This document shows positions 61,317 to 64,000 of a stretch of DNA of 64,000 bases, one piece after another. Source of the DNA: an uncultured Clavibacter sp. (GTDB taxonomy: Bacteria > Actinomycetota > Actinomycetes > Nanopelagicales > Nanopelagicaceae); NCBI GenBank assembly GCA_964521265.1, contig CAZFQY010000001.1, positions 967-64,966 of the forward strand. The letters run 5' to 3'. Each line of letters begins with the position of its first letter. Position 1 is the stretch's first letter. The notes below the pieces were generated by a model. It saw only the letters and a program-made list of their open reading frames with translations. It was not told the origin of the DNA and made no database searches. The translations under genes were made by a program, and so were the position numbers.

Positions 61317-62636
61317 ATGGAACTTACCCCTGCTCTCCGCGAAGAATTAGAGAATGATGTAGTACGCCTATGCCAAGAACTTATCCGTATTCCAAGCGTG
61401 AATTATGGTGAAGGCAAAGGGGACGAAGCAGCCGTAGCGCAATACGTTGTAGAGAGATTGCAGGAAGTAGGAATCAGAGCGGAGATTCTCGAAAGCGCCC
61501 CCAGTCGTTGTTCGGTCGTTGCCAAACTCAAAGGGAGTGATCCTTCTCTTCCTGGATTAGTTGTTCACGGACACTTGGATGTAGTTCCCGCAAATGCCGA
61601 TGATTGGAGCGTCGATCCATTCTCGGGAATTATCAAGGACGGCTGTATTTGGGGACGCGGCGCGGTGGATATGAAGAATATGGATGCCATGATCCTTGGT
61701 GTTTTCCGACTCTGGGCCCGGCATGGATTCACTCCGAAAAGGGACATGGTGATCGTTTTCTTTGCCGACGAGGAAGCCGGAGGGATCTTCGGGTCAAGAT
61801 GGATGGCACAGAATCATCCAGAAATCTTCGCTGGATGTAGTGAGGCAGTATCTGAAGTTGGCGGTTTCTCGTTCACGCTCTCTTCTGGAAAGCGCATCTA
61901 TCTCATTGAAACCTCTGAAAAGGGAATTGAGTGGATGAAACTGACAGCCACAGGGGTCGCAGGTCACGGGTCGATGGTGAATAAAGAGAATGCTGTAACG
62001 AGATTAGCGGAAGCAATCGCGCGTATTGGAAATTACACCTGGCCAATGCGTCTCACTAAGACCAATGAGCTTTTCCTTTCAAAAGTTGCAGAGCTGACTG
62101 GTAGAAAATTTGACAAGAATAATCTCGGCCCCGTTATCGAAGAGCTTGGTTCGATGTCGAGAATGATTGGTGCCACCCTGAATAACACAGCCAATCCCTC
62201 GATGCTTGAAGCCGGATACAAAGCAAATGTCATCCCGCAAAGCGCAAGCGCTGTAGTTGATGGACGAACAATTCCTGGTTTTGAATCAGAGTTGATTGAA
62301 ACAGTAAAGCAACTTGCGGGGGAGCATGTAAGAGTGGAGAGCCTAGTTTCAGATATCCCACTCGAAGTAGATTTCTCTGGCCCTCTTGTCGAAAAGATGA
62401 TTCAAGCAATTAAGAGTGAAGACCCAGAAGGGATACCAGTACCTTTTCTGATGAGTGGTGGAACTGATAATAAAGCTCTAGCTAAGCTGGGTATCGCCGG
62501 CTACGGCTTCAGTCCGTTACAGCTTCCTGATGATCTCGACTTTATGGCTTTGTTCCACGGTGTGGATGAAAGAGTCCCGGTCGATTCCTTGAAATTTGGC
62601 GCTCGCTCTCTTTTTAAATTCCTCGTTAGTGCCTAA
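61317..62636 (+). CDS. M20-family metallopeptidase (dipeptidase/desuccinylase-like)
   Basis: 439 aa. HGHLDVVPA, GRGAVDMK, ADEEAGG, and the ArgE/DapE/CPG2 architecture with a dimerisation insert. Confidence 0.88.
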   Translation: MELTPALREELENDVVRLCQELIRIPSVNYGEGKGDEAAVAQYVVERLQEVGIRAEILESAPSRCSVVAKLKGSDPSLPGLVVHGHLDVVPANADDWSVDPFSGIIKDGCIWGRGAVDMKNMDAMILGVFRLWARHGFTPKRDMVIVFFADEEAGGIFGSRWMAQNHPEIFAGCSEAVSEVGGFSFTLSSGKRIYLIETSEKGIEWMKLTATGVAGHGSMVNKENAVTRLAEAIARIGNYTWPMRLTKTNELFLSKVAELTGRKFDKNNLGPVIEELGSMSRMIGATLNNTANPSMLEAGYKANVIPQSASAVVDGRTIPGFESELIETVKQLAGEHVRVESLVSDIPLEVDFSGPLVEKMIQAIKSEDPEGIPVPFLMSGGTDNKALAKLGIAGYGFSPLQLPDDLDFMALFHGVDERVPVDSLKFGARSLFKFLVSA

Positions 62637-62663
62637 TTCCTCAACCTTCGAGCCAAGAACGAC

Positions 62664-63611
62664 TTACAAGCGCGAAACCTCGTCCAAGGCTTCTCGTACC
62701 GGGGCTGGAAGAACTACCGTTTCGCTCAAAAGAATTCCTCGGAGTTGGGCGGCCGTTCGAGCGCCGATTACCGATGATGTAACTCCTGGAGCATCTCGAA
62801 CCCAGGACAGTGAAACTTCAAGAGGGGAGAGACCAAGGCCATCAGCAGCAACGAAAACAGCCTCGACTATTCTCCCCGAACGATCATCAAGATAAGGCTC
62901 GATGAAATTAGCGAAGTGCGGGCTTGCGCCGCGCGAGTCAGAAGGAAGACCTCCTCGATATTTGCCCGTCAAGACACCGCGGCCAAGCGGAGACCATGCC
63001 AAGAACCCAATTCCTAGCGCAGTAGAAGCAGGAAGCACCTCCCGCTCTACTTTCCGATTTAGGAGGGAATATTCATTCTGTGTGGTGTTAATTGGGGCTC
63101 GACCAAAGAGCGGATTCTGGAGAGTGGCCGCTCTAGCTGTTTGCCAACCAGAAAAGTTTGAAATCCCTGCATATCGAGCGCGGCCAGATAGCACCGCCTG
63201 ATCTAGCGCGCCTAACGTTTCCTCAAGTGGAACATTTGGATCCCAGGTGTGAACCTGCCATAGATCCACATAGTCAACGCCGAGTCTGCTTAAAGATTTA
63301 TCCAAATCGCCTAGAAGCGAAGTCTTTGAGTTATCAACCACTCGCTCACCCGTCTTAAAGGAGATTCCAGCTTTGGTGGCAATTACTAGATCTTCTCGAG
63401 GCGCTAGTACTCCTATAAGTCCACCCAGAACCCGTTCGCTATCTCCATCTCCGTAAACCGCCGCAGTGTCTATGAAGTTCCCGCCGGCATCAAGAAAGAG
63501 CCTTAATTGCTCAGCTGCTTCATGCTCATCCGTGTCGCGTCCCCATGTCATAGTTCCCAACCCGAGACGAGAAAGCCGTAATCCTGAAGTCCCTACTTGT
63601 CGCTTTTCCAC
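62664..63611 (-). CDS. Aldo/keto reductase
   Basis: RQVGTSGLRLSRLGLGTMTWG, DTAAVYG, and a C-terminal GARTAAQL. I prefer the GTG at 63611, which is preceded by AAGG. The track ORF extends to 63755 but would then overlap the next + strand gene. Confidence 0.88.
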   Translation of the reverse strand: MEKRQVGTSGLRLSRLGLGTMTWGRDTDEHEAAEQLRLFLDAGGNFIDTAAVYGDGDSERVLGGLIGVLAPREDLVIATKAGISFKTGERVVDNSKTSLLGDLDKSLSRLGVDYVDLWQVHTWDPNVPLEETLGALDQAVLSGRARYAGISNFSGWQTARAATLQNPLFGRAPINTTQNEYSLLNRKVEREVLPASTALGIGFLAWSPLGRGVLTGKYRGGLPSDSRGASPHFANFIEPYLDDRSGRIVEAVFVAADGLGLSPLEVSLSWVRDAPGVTSSVIGARTAAQLRGILLSETVVLPAPVREALDEVSRL

Positions 63612-63661
63612 GGGAGTGACCTTAGCAAGATAGAAAGCAATTTCCTCGTTACGCTTCGAAC

Positions 63662-64000
63662 ATGACCTTGATTTATCTCTTAAGGCATGCCGAATCCACA
63701 GCCAATGAGGATGGAATTCTTGCTGGTCGGATACCGAACATCGGTTTGTCGGCAAGAGGTGAAAAACAGTCTCGCGCTATCGCGAAATCTCTTCAGGAAC
63801 TACCTATACGCAAGATATACCGTAGCCCTTTACAGAGATGCCGCGAAACGATTCAACCATTGCTTGAAGTGATTGGTAGACGTGCCATTGTTGAAGATGC
63901 ATTTATAGAGATGAATTACGGGAAATGGAGTGGCAGGAAACTGAACGAACTTCGCAATGAGTCGCTCTGGAAGATGATCCAATCTCGGCCATCAAAAGTA
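63662..64000 (+). CDS. Histidine phosphatase (phosphoglycerate mutase-like) family protein, N-terminal part; the 3' end lies outside the window
   Basis: This gene is not in the ORF track because no stop falls inside the window. My own translation from ATG 63662 gives MTLIYLLRHAESTANEDGILAGRIPNIGLSARGEKQSRAIAKSLQELPIRKIYRSPLQRCRETIQPL.... It contains the RHAES catalytic motif and SPLxRCxxT. Confidence 0.8.
   Translation, partial: MTLIYLLRHAESTANEDGILAGRIPNIGLSARGEKQSRAIAKSLQELPIRKIYRSPLQRCRETIQPLLEVIGRRAIVEDAFIEMNYGKWSGRKLNELRNESLWKMIQSRPSKV

Noticed and set aside
63612-63755. The N-terminal extension of the aldo/keto reductase ORF (MPTNRCSVSDQQEF...).
   Set aside because: The extension has no AKR homology and would overlap the plus-strand histidine phosphatase gene starting at 63662. 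An internal GTG at 63611, preceded by AAGG, gives a family-typical N-terminus (VEKRQVGTSGLRLS...).
1-64000. A scan for CRISPR arrays, IS elements or transposases, integrases, phage genes, toxin-antitoxin pairs, restriction-modification or other defence systems, and rRNA genes.
   Set aside because: No direct-repeat/spacer arrays, no inverted-repeat-flanked transposase-like ORFs and no recognisable defence or phage proteins appear among the translated ORFs. Every ORF above about 120 aa outside shadow frames is accounted for by a housekeeping or conserved family.

Overview
This 64 kb window is a tightly packed, almost entirely housekeeping stretch of an actinobacterial chromosome. Gene order matches the conserved Mycobacterium/Streptomyces core: pabB'-pabC; thrS-HIT-pgsA-patA-pimA; pdxS-pdxT-yebC-ruvCAB-secDF-rel; MBL-hisS-aspS; DUF948-alaS-ruvX-mltG-aroE-aroCKBQ-efp-nusB; bldD; pyrR-pyrB-pyrC-carAB-pyrK-pyrD-pyrF; mihF-gmk-rpoZ-coaBC-metK-priA-def-fmt-rsmB-rpe-hisE-hisG. 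The last 10 kb is looser and holds serB, an orphan ABC ATPase, ung, a purine permease, two membrane proteins, an alcohol dehydrogenase, tdk, apt, tRNA-Leu, an M20 peptidase, an aldo/keto reductase and a histidine phosphatase. By eye the G+C content is moderate for an actinobacterium. Together with the tiny intergenic spacers and many overlapping stop/start codons, this suggests a streamlined genome; that is an inference, and no taxon can be proven from here. I support 70 protein-coding genes (2 partial at the window edges), one tRNA-Leu(GAG), one PyrR-binding RNA element and one clear bidirectional terminator. I saw no rRNA, CRISPR array, transposase or integrase, prophage or defence-island content. 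I do not see a convincing multi-gene novel system. The best single candidate is a 211-aa stand-alone EF-G-like G-domain protein that has lost all GTP-binding motifs. It sits antisense inside the otherwise conserved thrS-to-pimA operon (3838-4473). Secondary observations are: a BldD homologue with an intact c-di-GMP-binding RXD-X8-RXXD motif; a PriA with degenerate ATPase/helicase motifs; a SerB split into ACT and HAD genes; a class 1B pyrK-pyrD pair in the pyr operon; and a tRNA-Leu abutting apt. All functional calls come from reading the supplied translations for family motifs and from synteny. No database search was run.
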